Shown here: positions 11,321 to 21,790 of the stretch, one piece after another | Position numbering within the stretch: position 1 is the stretch's first letter | How the letters are laid out: every line of letters begins with the position of its first letter | Origin: Mantamonas sphyraenae STR306 | Lineage: Eukaryota > Protista > CRuMs | DNA: 64,000 bases | Direction: 5' to 3' | Assembly (NCBI GenBank): GCA_026936335.1 | Contig: JAPMXV010000007.1 | Location: 314,273-378,272, forward strand | Made by a program: the position numbers and the translations under genes | The notes under the pieces: model-generated | The model's input: only the letters and a program-made list of their open reading frames with translations | Database searches by the model: none | What the model was told of the DNA's origin: nothing

Positions 11321-11771
11321 TGGGGGGCAATGGGAATGGATTTGATGTGCGTGTTGATGTGTGTCGCAGACGATGCGCCGGGCGAGGCAGTTCAAATTGC
11401 CGTGACGTCGCCACACCCACCCGTGTCCGTTTCACAACTTTACATTCTACATCCGCTTGCGACACCGCTTCCGAATCGATAGCACCCAATTCCAGGGATC
11501 ACACCGACTCGGATCAGCAACAGCCCACTCGGCGGAAGCAAAAACCAACCCCACACGGGACGAATTTAGCGGAAAACCAACCCACGCGGAACTCGATGCG
11601 CAGGTGAACAGCCAGTTCTGCGAGCCACCGGACGGCACACACACACACGCCGCCCGACATGGGCATGCATGTCGCGTGTGTCGTCCGCGGCTCCACACAT
11701 CATAGTACATTCAACAGCAAGAAGAAAGAAGAAAACCAAGAGCAACTCCAAGAAGAGCAAGTTTCCAAGAA

Positions 11772-14675
11772 ATGACCCACCACGCAAGCCACGCACAGGT
11801 GGACCAAGACGCCTCCACGACAGGCAAATGGATGTGGGAGGGCCAGCACACCATCAACAACAACGCCTCCCACCATCAAGTGTACTCCAAGGAGCAACAC
11901 ACAAGCACTAGCAGTGCACGAAGCAGCAGCAGCAGCAGCAGCAGCAGTACGCACCACCGCCATCACCACGGCTCAAGCAGCAGCACACATGAAGAATTGC
12001 ACCTGGGCTCCATCATCACCAACATCGAGCCCACCCATCACATGCACTGGACCAAGCAGCAACTGGACCGCGTCGCACCAGCCAACCACGCGCTGGAACT
12101 CGTGCGCGTGGACGAGTCCAACGACCTGCTGGTCACCCCCACAGGAGGGGATGTGACCCTGGCCCTGGGCAGCATTCCAGATGCAACATGTGCCTATCTG
12201 GCACCTCTCATGGACGTGGGCATGGTCTGCGTGCACGCAGTACGCATCCAACTCGAGGAAGAGCGCCTCATGTCTGACTCTGAACTGGACCACACGCACG
12301 CAAGTGCAGCAGACACAGACATGGACGGCCTGGGGCTGCTGTCCAGCGCAGAGGACCGCGACGTGGATGACATCTTCACGTTGGCCCTGCCCGATCTTCC
12401 GGGACTGGACTTTGACGTGGAGATGGAGCACCAGGCCATGGCGGCACAGCTGGAACAAGATCCTGTGCGCCACCTCTACCTTATGCTCAACATCCATCTG
12501 CTGGCCACAGCCCAGTCGAACAAGATCAAACAGCTTGCCACCCAGTTTTCCATGCTCATGCGCGTCCTCAAGGAAGACCCCGAGTCTCTGGTGGCCACTC
12601 AAGGCACCGCAGCAATGGCCGAGTGGATGCGCACCAAGCAACTCGAGCGCATCACCGCCATGCAGCACTCGCGCAAGCGCAAGGCACCCGAACCGGAGCA
12701 GGTGCCACAACCTCAATTTCATCAACATCAACATCAACAACAACATCAACCCAGCACTGTACATACGACCGCATCATCATCATCATCCTCCTCCTCCTCC
12801 TCCTCCTCTTCCTCCTCTCACGTCGCCCAGCCTGCGCCAAAACGGTTGCGTGTTGAAGGAACCGATGGTTCCTACGGCCAGGGTTCTCTCAACGCTTTCT
12901 ACGAGGCGCTGAAACCGCAGTCGCTGGCCAGCATGGATGCAAGCTCCAAACTGACTGTGTCGCTTCGCAGCTACCAGAAGCAAGCGCTGGCGTGGATGGT
13001 GGAGCGCGAAACGACGCGCAAGTCGCCCATCTGGCAGGAAGAGCGCATGGGAGACACCCTGTGCTACTACAACGTCATTTCGCAGCAGTACGTGTATACA
13101 AAACCCACCGTGCTGCAGGCACACAGCATGCCTCGCGGAGGTATCCTGGCTGACGAGATGGGCATGGGCAAGACGGTGGAGTTGCTGGCGCTCATTGCAA
13201 GCAACCCAGCACCCAGCAACCTGTCGTGCAAAACGACGCTGGTGGTGTGTCCCCTGTCCACACTGCAGCAGTGGCAGCAGGAGCTGCAGGACAAGACCAC
13301 AGGGCTGTCCTACTACTGTTTCCACGGAGAGACCCGCAGCAGGGACGCGGCCTACCTCATGTCCATGGATGTGGTGTTTACCACATACAACACGGTGGCT
13401 GTCGAGTGTGGCGGCGGTGGCGGTGGCGGACGCAAATCCAGCAAAGGCAAGGGTGGCGCGTTTGCAGGCCGTTCTCCGCTTCTGTCCATCAACTGGTATC
13501 GCATCGTGCTGGACGAGGCACACACCATCAAAGACCGCACCACAAAGACAGCGCGTGCCATGTACACCATGAGTGCGCACGTGCGCTGGTGTGTGACCGG
13601 TACGCCGATCCAGAACCGCCTCGACGATCTGTTTTCGTTGATGCACTTTCTGCGTTTCGGCGAGCATTCCTGGCTCATCCAGACTGTCAAGAAGCCCATC
13701 AAGAACAACGACGATCGCGGGTGGGACCGTTTGCGCAAGGTGCTCTCTCAGATCATGCTGCGTCGCACCAAGGACTCACGCCAGGATGGCATGGAGAACA
13801 TTGTCAGCAAGCGCGACCGCCTCGTGCTCCTTGACTTTTCGCAGGAGGAGCGCGCCTTTTATGACGCCATCTACACCCAATCCAAGAGTGCCTTTGACGC
13901 GCTTGCTCGCCAAGGCACTGTGCTTCGCAACTACAACCACGTGCTGGAGCTTCTGTTGCGCCTGCGTCAGATCTGTGATCATCCGCGCCTGATGACGGAT
14001 GGTCTGCAGCGCAAGCAGGAGAAGGCCAGCAGCAGTGACAACACGTTCATGGGTGTAAACGCACACGACGGCATGGACCTGGAGGAGGCGGGTCATTCTG
14101 CACCCATGTTCTCTGCGTGGCAGAGCAGCACCAAGATCCGCGCGCTGATGGACAGCTTGGTGGAAGTGCGTGCGGAATGCGGCACGCAGGAGAAGGTGGT
14201 TGTGTTTAGCAACTGGACGTCGATGCTGGACCTGCTGGAGGAGGCGATGGCCAGCCACGGGTTTGCGTTTGCACGCCTTGATGGCACGCAAAAGGCACAC
14301 ATCCGACAGGAGCAGCTGGACAGGTTTCGAAACGACGACGAGTGCATGGTGTTGCTCATCTCACTGAAGGCAGGTGGCCAGGGCCTCAACCTGGAGGTGG
14401 CCAACCACGTGTACTTGATGGAGCCCTGGTGGAACCCAGGAGTCGAAGAGCAGGCTGCCGATCGCGTGCACCGCCTGACGCAGACAAAGCCTGTACATGT
14501 CACACGCTACGCCATGCGCCGATCCGTAGAGATGCAGATTCTTCGCAAGCAGAACAGCAAAAATCAGCTTGTCAGCGGCGTGTTCGGCACCGCCAACAGC
14601 AAGGAGGAGGAGCGTGAGAGCCGCGTTCGCGACCTTGCCAGCTTGTTTGACACGGAAGAGGGGGATGAAGAGTGA
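11772..14675 (+). CDS. RAD5/RAD16-like SNF2 ATPase with an N-terminal HIRAN-like region and no RING finger
   Basis: LRSYQKQALAWM, GGILADEMGMGKT, WYRIVLDEAH, TGTPIQNRLDDLFSL, LLRLRQICDHP, SLKAGGQGLNL and EPWWNP...QAADRVHRLTQ. Confidence 0.92.
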   Translation: MTHHASHAQVDQDASTTGKWMWEGQHTINNNASHHQVYSKEQHTSTSSARSSSSSSSSSTHHRHHHGSSSSTHEELHLGSIITNIEPTHHMHWTKQQLDRVAPANHALELVRVDESNDLLVTPTGGDVTLALGSIPDATCAYLAPLMDVGMVCVHAVRIQLEEERLMSDSELDHTHASAADTDMDGLGLLSSAEDRDVDDIFTLALPDLPGLDFDVEMEHQAMAAQLEQDPVRHLYLMLNIHLLATAQSNKIKQLATQFSMLMRVLKEDPESLVATQGTAAMAEWMRTKQLERITAMQHSRKRKAPEPEQVPQPQFHQHQHQQQHQPSTVHTTASSSSSSSSSSSSSSSHVAQPAPKRLRVEGTDGSYGQGSLNAFYEALKPQSLASMDASSKLTVSLRSYQKQALAWMVERETTRKSPIWQEERMGDTLCYYNVISQQYVYTKPTVLQAHSMPRGGILADEMGMGKTVELLALIASNPAPSNLSCKTTLVVCPLSTLQQWQQELQDKTTGLSYYCFHGETRSRDAAYLMSMDVVFTTYNTVAVECGGGGGGGRKSSKGKGGAFAGRSPLLSINWYRIVLDEAHTIKDRTTKTARAMYTMSAHVRWCVTGTPIQNRLDDLFSLMHFLRFGEHSWLIQTVKKPIKNNDDRGWDRLRKVLSQIMLRRTKDSRQDGMENIVSKRDRLVLLDFSQEERAFYDAIYTQSKSAFDALARQGTVLRNYNHVLELLLRLRQICDHPRLMTDGLQRKQEKASSSDNTFMGVNAHDGMDLEEAGHSAPMFSAWQSSTKIRALMDSLVEVRAECGTQEKVVVFSNWTSMLDLLEEAMASHGFAFARLDGTQKAHIRQEQLDRFRNDDECMVLLISLKAGGQGLNLEVANHVYLMEPWWNPGVEEQAADRVHRLTQTKPVHVTRYAMRRSVEMQILRKQNSKNQLVSGVFGTANSKEEERESRVRDLASLFDTEEGDEE

Positions 14676-15148
14676 ATTGGACGCCACGAATGGACACCAG
14701 GCCAACGGCACCCTTGGGGCGGAGGTTTCCCAGGTCGCAAACGAGTTTTGCATCGTGCTCGTTGTAATGTCGATCGGACGGGAGAGTGGAGCACACCATG
14801 TGGCAAACTCGTGGTGGTAGTCTTGGACACTGCGCAGACAGCATGCAGCGTGTGGTTGGTGTGGAGACGTTTCCAAATGCGCTGCGCAACAACGGCCAAG
14901 AATCCCCATTGGCAGAAACTTCGCCCGCACGAGCACATTTCTTCGTGTCCTGTTCTACCCATCGAACGGCGAAACAGCAAGTGGCCAGTGACACGCACTT
15001 CAGACACCGTTTGGATCCCTGTGCGTGACACACACACCAGTCTGTGCTCGAGGCTCGTTTCCAACACTTCTGGAAAACTTTTGCCTTTTGCTTCTGGCCC
15101 TTTTTTTCTCGCTCAACCCTCTCGCAAGCTTTACGGCACACAACGAGC

Positions 15149-18100
15149 ATGGAACCTGAGGAGAACGACGTGTGGGACAATGTGTATGATCCAGCAGTGA
15201 GTCCGGGCGGCTTGTCCGATCCGATGGCGGCCTCATACCGAAGCGGCAGCGACGAGGGAGTATTCTACAAGAGGCAGCCCGCACGGCGTAGTGTTTCGCA
15301 CGACGACGAGAGCCCTGTGAGTCGTCAGCGGCGGAAAGCAGCCGAATCGACGGAACATCGCCGTGTGTACGAACAGCCTTATCAGAGGGCTGCCACGAGC
15401 CTGGACGAAGATTTGCAGGAGCTCCAAGCATTAGGCGGTCCCACGCCAACCACGCCGCTGGCTCAAAGCTCGCACACTATGATCAATGTGGTGGGAGGTA
15501 CGCAGCGAGGCATGCGCCTGCTCCAGCCACTCGACGACATGCAGCTTCCCTTTCACAACATCGAGACGGTGCGCTCTATGTTGGACTTTGCGGACGAGGT
15601 GACGCTTTGGGAAGGGTTGCCTTACACAGAAAGCGGCCTGCTCACGCTGGCCCTGGTGTTCTACCACGTGGGTATGAGCATCCAGTATTTCCACTTCCAT
15701 TTCCATTCTAGCAACATGGTCAAGGAGGAGCTGAACCGGTACGGGTGCACGGAAGGGTATCTGGAGGTGATCTGCAACGCAATCCATGCCTGCAGCCAGC
15801 CCATGGAGCCGCAAAACGTCCTGGAGCGCATCATGTGCGACGCCCTCCATTTTTACATCACATCGGATGACTACATTCGCTACTTGGCCCTCCAGTACGA
15901 GGAGATGGTGAAGGTGAGCGCCACCAAGGATACGGGGCTGAGAACGAGTTCTTCCTCCTCGTCAGCTTCGAGTTCGTCGTCTTCGTCGTCGTCGTCGTCC
16001 ACGGGCGAGGGGGAGACGACAGAGGGCAAAAAGAGCTCAAAACACATTGAACCGACAACCATTACAGCGTCGCAATGGTTCCATTCGCAGCTGGTACAAC
16101 TGGTCAAGCACCAGTGGTACACGATCTCCGCGGACCGGATCCACACGGCGCGCAAACGCAAAAGCCTGACCAAACTGAAGATGGCACTGGCAGAGGTGGC
16201 CAAAATGGAGGAGGAACCCACGGTGGAGGATTTCATCAGACTGGAACAGACCTTCAACAGGAACTGGGACAAGGCGGAGGAGAGCAACTCGGATTTGTTC
16301 TCGTTGTCGACGCAGACCCTGGTGGAGAAGCACCTACGCCAACAAGAAGAAAGACACAGCAGCTCGTCGGACGAACTGGACATTGACGAGGAAGAGGAGC
16401 AGCATTCAAACGCAAGCAGCCTGGAGGAACAGAGGCCCGAGTCGAATGTGGGTGTGCACGAGCCCATGAGCAACACGGGCACAGCCACAGGCACAGGAGG
16501 TATGGGCAAGTCGGGCAGCAACGTGACCAGCGACAATGCGTTTGGCCACTCGACAAGCTTCTCCACAGACGGTGGGCAGGAGGAGGCATTGCAGATGACC
16601 ATGTCTCAGGCGGCCCTGGTCAGCCCTCAATTCCAACCGGGCTTTCCTGCGCGCCAACCACCTCCATTTTCGCCCAAGAAGTATACGTCTGGGTCGTCGT
16701 CGATGTCGCCGCTGCCCAACCTGGGTGGATCTGGGCCGCGTGAGCGAAAGGTGAAGGGTCGTTCGACGCCGCAGCCTGCGTCGGAGCGTGGACGTTGGAA
16801 ACAGAACGCGCGCAAGACGAGTCTGAACACGACACCCAGCACACAGAATCTGGAAGCGGTGAAGAACACGCTGGCGGTGTGGGGTGGTGGCCCAGGCGCT
16901 CACTCTGTGACGATGCTTGTGTTGCGCAACCGCGCGCAGGAGGAGGACGAGGCCACGCTGGCCGACGTAAACAACCCAAATGGTGGGGAGCAGCAGTGGA
17001 ACAGCCAGGGCAACCTTGACATGGCGGGGGGTGTGAACGCAACCGAGGCAGCTGCTGCGGGAGTGGGACATGCAAGCAACACCTCTCCATCAAACACCCT
17101 GGCGTCTGCAGAGGGCAGTGTGCCAGGTGCAAGGTCAACGAACGATGTGTATGTAAATGGAACCGTGCATGGAGCGGCTAAGAACCAGGTTCAGCGGATG
17201 CTGAACGATTTGGAGGACGATGGGTCGCTGTCGTCTCCGAGCACCAGTGGAAGCGGCAGCGATTCGGACAAGGGCCTACTGGCGACGAAACGGAAACAAG
17301 CGGTGGGGGCGATGAAGAGTGCGTGGACAAAGCTGGTGAACGGGAGCGGAGCGAGGAACGAGATCGCGCTGCGAATGACAAAGTCGCTGCCGGATGGTGG
17401 GGATGGAGGTCGTGCCAAAGACAAGCAGCGCAGCAGCACGAAGGATCGACGCAAGAGAGGAGAGGACGAGCGTGCTGAGGAGATGGAGGAGCTGAGGGCG
17501 CGTATGGCGGAACGGGGCGAGCGCAACACGATGCCCGACGGGTGGCTGAACGGCGGGACGCGAAAGAGATCGCCTCTGGTCAAGTCTGCGAGCTCGCCCA
17601 ACATGGAGGTGGACAGCGATTCGGGTGGGTCGTCGAGTGGAAGTGGAAGCAGCAAGGAGGTGCTGGTACGCTCGGCGTGGTGGAAGCGTGCACGCAGGAT
17701 GTTCAACAAGAAGCGTGTGGCAGCAAAGGTGGAGCGCAAGACGATGCATGCGGAGCAGCAGTTGTCGGAACGGATGACAGAGCTGGCGAGGATGCAGGAG
17801 GAACAGGCCCGGCGAACAAACGTGGACAGCACACGAGCGTCGCCGCCAGGGGCCGAATCACGTAACAACAGTTTGGTGGCGGATCAGCTGCGCAAGGCGG
17901 CGCAGCAGTTGAGTGCGGAGCAGGCTGAGGCGGAGCGTTTGGGAATGACGACGACGACGACGACAACGACGACGACGACAACGACAACGACAACGACTGC
18001 GGATGGGCGTTCTGGAGCGACCAACACGATGATCAAGTCGGAGTCCAACTCGTCGGGCAACTCGGGAGACCATTCGTCGTCGTCGTCGGATTCGCAGTTT

Positions 18101-18337
18101 GGGTCGATGGAACGGGGCGTGCTGAGCATGGTTGGGGCGACACCGAACCAGCTGAAACTGCAGCGGTCGCTTCCTGCGTTGCCCGCATTGCCGCGCAGAC
18201 TCATTCCGCCGCCTGTGCGGCGCGCGTCTGCGCAGCAAGTGTTGGGCATGCTGGGCAATCCTGCTGCAGCGCCGCAGTCCGACGTGGACGACTACGACCA
18301 GCGCCAGGACCAGAACAAGGCGGAACGTGCAAAGTAG
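15149..18337 (+). CDS. Large low-complexity/coiled-coil protein with a degenerate HD-phosphohydrolase-like domain (about 15545-16180)
   Basis: Long uninterrupted ORF of about 1062 aa from the ATG at 15149. The single globular segment matches the pattern of bacterial HD domains (see findings). Confidence 0.75.
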   Translation: MEPEENDVWDNVYDPAVSPGGLSDPMAASYRSGSDEGVFYKRQPARRSVSHDDESPVSRQRRKAAESTEHRRVYEQPYQRAATSLDEDLQELQALGGPTPTTPLAQSSHTMINVVGGTQRGMRLLQPLDDMQLPFHNIETVRSMLDFADEVTLWEGLPYTESGLLTLALVFYHVGMSIQYFHFHFHSSNMVKEELNRYGCTEGYLEVICNAIHACSQPMEPQNVLERIMCDALHFYITSDDYIRYLALQYEEMVKVSATKDTGLRTSSSSSSASSSSSSSSSSSTGEGETTEGKKSSKHIEPTTITASQWFHSQLVQLVKHQWYTISADRIHTARKRKSLTKLKMALAEVAKMEEEPTVEDFIRLEQTFNRNWDKAEESNSDLFSLSTQTLVEKHLRQQEERHSSSSDELDIDEEEEQHSNASSLEEQRPESNVGVHEPMSNTGTATGTGGMGKSGSNVTSDNAFGHSTSFSTDGGQEEALQMTMSQAALVSPQFQPGFPARQPPPFSPKKYTSGSSSMSPLPNLGGSGPRERKVKGRSTPQPASERGRWKQNARKTSLNTTPSTQNLEAVKNTLAVWGGGPGAHSVTMLVLRNRAQEEDEATLADVNNPNGGEQQWNSQGNLDMAGGVNATEAAAAGVGHASNTSPSNTLASAEGSVPGARSTNDVYVNGTVHGAAKNQVQRMLNDLEDDGSLSSPSTSGSGSDSDKGLLATKRKQAVGAMKSAWTKLVNGSGARNEIALRMTKSLPDGGDGGRAKDKQRSSTKDRRKRGEDERAEEMEELRARMAERGERNTMPDGWLNGGTRKRSPLVKSASSPNMEVDSDSGGSSSGSGSSKEVLVRSAWWKRARRMFNKKRVAAKVERKTMHAEQQLSERMTELARMQEEQARRTNVDSTRASPPGAESRNNSLVADQLRKAAQQLSAEQAEAERLGMTTTTTTTTTTTTTTTTTADGRSGATNTMIKSESNSSGNSGDHSSSSSDSQFGSMERGVLSMVGATPNQLKLQRSLPALPALPRRLIPPPVRRASAQQVLGMLGNPAAAPQSDVDDYDQRQDQNKAERAK

Positions 18338-18567
18338 GTCGCACGCAGCCATAGAAGAAGAATGAAGGGAAGGAAATGTGCCAACAACAACACAGTCGAG
18401 GTCATGGAACGAGAAGGAGGGGTGAGGGCAGGTGGAAGGGGCTGCCAACGTGGCAGGAGGGGTTGGTGTGGCCGTTGCGGCAAAGAAGAGGACATGGTGG
18501 TGTGGAGACAGCGAATGGGAGGTGGACACAAACAACACACACACACATGCAAGGCAGTCACTTCACT

Positions 18568-18756
18568 TCATTTGATCTTTCGTCCTGCGCCGAAGCGTGA
18601 CTTGCGCTTTTCCTTCTTGGCCTTCTTGGCTCCGAGCTTGGGTGTGGGCTGGGCGTTCTGCACAAGGGACCACGCGGCAAAGGCAAAGAAGGCAATGAGG
18701 ATGACGAGGAAGAGAATCCACAGCGTCTTGTCGCTGGCAAGACCAAACAGGGCCAT
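18568..18756 (-). CDS. 62-aa single-TM microprotein with a basic tail (S1FA-like architecture)
   Basis: GCACCTTCACCATGG-type start context, a clean TM helix and the tail KLGAKKAKKEKRK. It fills an otherwise empty gap. Confidence 0.65.
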   Translation of the reverse strand: MALFGLASDKTLWILFLVILIAFFAFAAWSLVQNAQPTPKLGAKKAKKEKRKSRFGAGRKIK

Positions 18757-18807
18757 GGTGAAGGCGCAGACAAGGGATGAGTTGGGCTGGGAGAGGGAGG
18801 GCCGAGG

Positions 18808-19103
18808 ATTTCATTTCGTTTTGCCATCCACCACACACAGTGCAGTGCGGTTGGATTGCGGCTTGCTTCGCAACGGTGGTTGTATGTGTTTGTATGTGTT
18901 GCATGTGTGTGTGTGTGTGTGTCCGTGTGTGTGTGTGGCTGCTCACTGAGTCGAATTTCATTTCGTTTTGCCATCCACCACACACAGTGCAGTGCGGTTG
19001 GATTGCGGCTTGCTTCGCAACGGTGGTTGTATGTGTTTGTATGTGTTGCATGTGTGTGTGTGTGTGTGTCCGTGTGTGTGTGTGGCTGCTCGCTGAGTCG
19101 AAT
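18808..19103. repeat. Tandem duplication, two copies of a 147-bp unit
   Basis: Units start at 18808 and 18955. I see one substitution (gctcActgag vs gctcGctgag). The unit contains (GT)n. Confidence 0.95.
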
Positions 19104-19950
19104 CAGAACTTTGTGGGCTGGACCTGCAGCATCTCCTCCTTGACTTCCTTGTACGAGGACTTTGTGTCGTCGTGCAGCTTGACCATGACGACGCTTGTGG
19201 CCCGCTTGGTGTTGCTGGCGACGCCAATGTCGGCCTTGGACTGCAGCCAAATGTAGGGCAGGTTGTGTGTTTCACAGAGCACAGGGATGTGGCTCAGAAT
19301 GTCGATGGGCGAGATGTCGCCTGCAATAATGACCAGTCTGGGGTGGACGAGTGCGGCAAAGGGAGGTGTGTGGGCGTGAGTGGAGGGAACCGGTGGACAT
19401 GTGTAACACTGGCCGTGCCACAGCGACAGGGGCAGGGTGCACGACGAGAGAGAGAGCGAGCGAGAATGTTGGGCATGCAGAAAACGCACCCCTTTTCCCC
19501 CTTGCGGATGGCCTTGACGACCTCCTTCACGCCACGGCGCAGTCCCTTGACCTTGGACGCTGTGGAAACAAAGGCAAGGATGGACATGGGCACGGGTGGT
19601 GTACGGTGTGAGCGACGTGTGGGGCGGTGGCAGTCTCGGGGCCGGTCACGGCACGGCATGCGCAGCAAAGCGCAGGTAAGGCACAACACAGGAAGTAGAT
19701 CGGATATGGGTGGGATGCGTTGAGGCAGCAAACGACGGGCCACGTTGTTGGGGGAATGCGGGCCTGCACACTCACTCTTCTTGATGAGCTTGAGCACACG
19801 CTTGGTCATCTTGCGGCCAGCGAGCGGACTGGCAATGACGGCGATGTTGGCACGCGTCTCACCCTCCTTGACCTCAAAAGCAGGCGCATCGGAGGAGTTG
19901 CTGGCGGTCTCGTCCACAGACATGCGCTTCTTGCTCTTCTTGCTCTTCTT

Positions 19951-19981
<31 letters not shown>

Positions 19982-19983
19982 AT
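19103..19983 (-). CDS. NHP2: H/ACA RNP subunit NHP2 (L7Ae family); exons 19983-19776, 19559-19490, 19337-19103
   Basis: IASPLAGRKMTKRVLKLIKK / LRRGVKEVVKAIRKGEKG / LVIIAGDISPIDILSHIPVLCE...KRATS, joined by two GT-AG introns. Confidence 0.95.
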
Positions 19984-20051
19984 GTTTGGGACGGAGGTTT
20001 CGGTGCCCTTTCCTGCGCTGGCGAGGCCACATTGACACCAGCCATCCAAAC

Positions 20052-21716
20052 ATGCCAAAGTTGTCCGACACTATGGCCGGGGCGCTGACGTCCACAGCAG
20101 GCGGTGCGGTGTATGGCTACAACATTGGGGTCATTGCCACGACGACGCCGCTGATGGCCACCCACTTTGGGTTGGATCCTTACGAACAGGGCCTGTCGTC
20201 CACCAGCATGGTGCTCGGTGGCATGCTGTCCTCGTTTGCAGCAGGGGCACTTGCGGACAAGTACGGCAGGCGGCACACTCTGAGTGTGACGGGTGTGCTG
20301 GCGCTGTTGAGTGCCATTGGCGCGGGACTTGTCGACGACGTGTGGGCCGTGTACGGCTTCCGCGTGCTCGCTGGCATGTCCATCGGCCTGGCTGGTGTCG
20401 TGGCTCCCATGTACACCACCGAGATTGCGCCTCCTGAGATGCGTGGCATGCTTGTGTCTGCCTTTCAGCTCTCGGTGACCTTTTTCATCTTTGCCGCCTA
20501 TCTGATGGGCTACCTGCTCGTGCCCTTGGGCCCGGCTGTGGGCTGGAAGTACATGTTTGTGTTCTGCGGTGTGCCTGCCGTGGGCCTTACTGTGCTTGCC
20601 GCCTTGTTCCTGCCCCAATCGCCCACCTGGTCAACCACCACCCGCGCTCCGTACGTGCCTTTTTTCCCGCAAACGAGCGCGTGCGACTTTGTTTGCGTGT
20701 CTGCTTGCATTGGCCCCGCCCACCTTTGCCTCCCTTGCAGCGCTCCACACACGCACTGACACGGCTGTTGGATGTGCACACACACCATCGCACATGGGCG
20801 GTGGGACGCATGTGCACTCGTGCGCCGACATACCCACCCGCATACCCACAGGGAGAAGCGTTCGCTGCTTCGCAACCAGGACAAGGCCGGGTTGGGAGGC
20901 GAGGCCAAGGAGGACGAGAGTGGCCAGGGAGAGGAGGATCCAGAAGCAGTGGTGTCGGACACAGAAGGACGGGGTAGGAAACGTGGTGCCTCGGCTGCTG
21001 TGAGCGGTGTGACCCAGCTGGGCAACAGCGCAGCAGCGCCCGGTGCTGCGGGTGCTGACGATGTGGCAGCCGCAGACAGCGAGTGGTCGGCCCTGTGGAG
21101 GGATCCCAAGAACCTGCGTGCGCTGCGCATCGGCGTGATGATGTCGCTGGCCAACCAGCTCACAGGCATCAACACAGTGATCTTTTTCGCCCCGACCATC
21201 TTTGACCGCGCCGGTCTGCCGCCCTACATTGCCACGGTAGGCCTCGGTGCATGGAACTTTATCACCACCGTGGCTGCAGTGCGTGTGATCGACAAAGCCG
21301 GGCGACGCAAGCTCATGCTCGTCGGCCTCGCGGGCATTTTCATTTCAGAGACAATCATTGGCGCAGCCTTTGTGGGCGACGCACAGGTCTCACTGGCGGT
21401 GTCCATTCTGACCATTGGTGGCACGCTGGTCTTTGTGGCTGCGTTTGAGTTTGGTCCCGGTCCCTGTTACTTTGTCCTCACCTCGGAGCTGTTCCCCAGT
21501 GCCGTGCGTGGCAAGGCCATGACTGTGTGCTCCGTTACGGTCTGGCTCTTCAACCTGCTTATTTCCGAGTTCTCTCTGCCGCTGTTCAACGCCATCGGCA
21601 TCGGCACGGTGTTTCTGATTTTTGCCGGCGTCGCTCTCCTCTGCCTCGCCTTTGTGTACTTCCGTGTGCCAGAGACAAAAGGCATGGAACTGGACGAGAT
21701 CCGCAACCGGCTGTGA
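20052..21716 (+). CDS. Sugar porter family MFS transporter; exons 20052-20650 and 20852-21716
   Basis: YGYNIGV, ADKYGRR, PMYTTEIAPPEMRG, QLTGIN, DKAGRR, ELFPSAVRG and PETKG. Intron GTACGT...CAG. Confidence 0.95.
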
Positions 21717-21790
21717 GCGCGAGGCGTCCACTCATTGCGGTGCCCCGGCCACGACGCCGGCGAAACCATCCAAAAAAACCAGTAGCAAAT

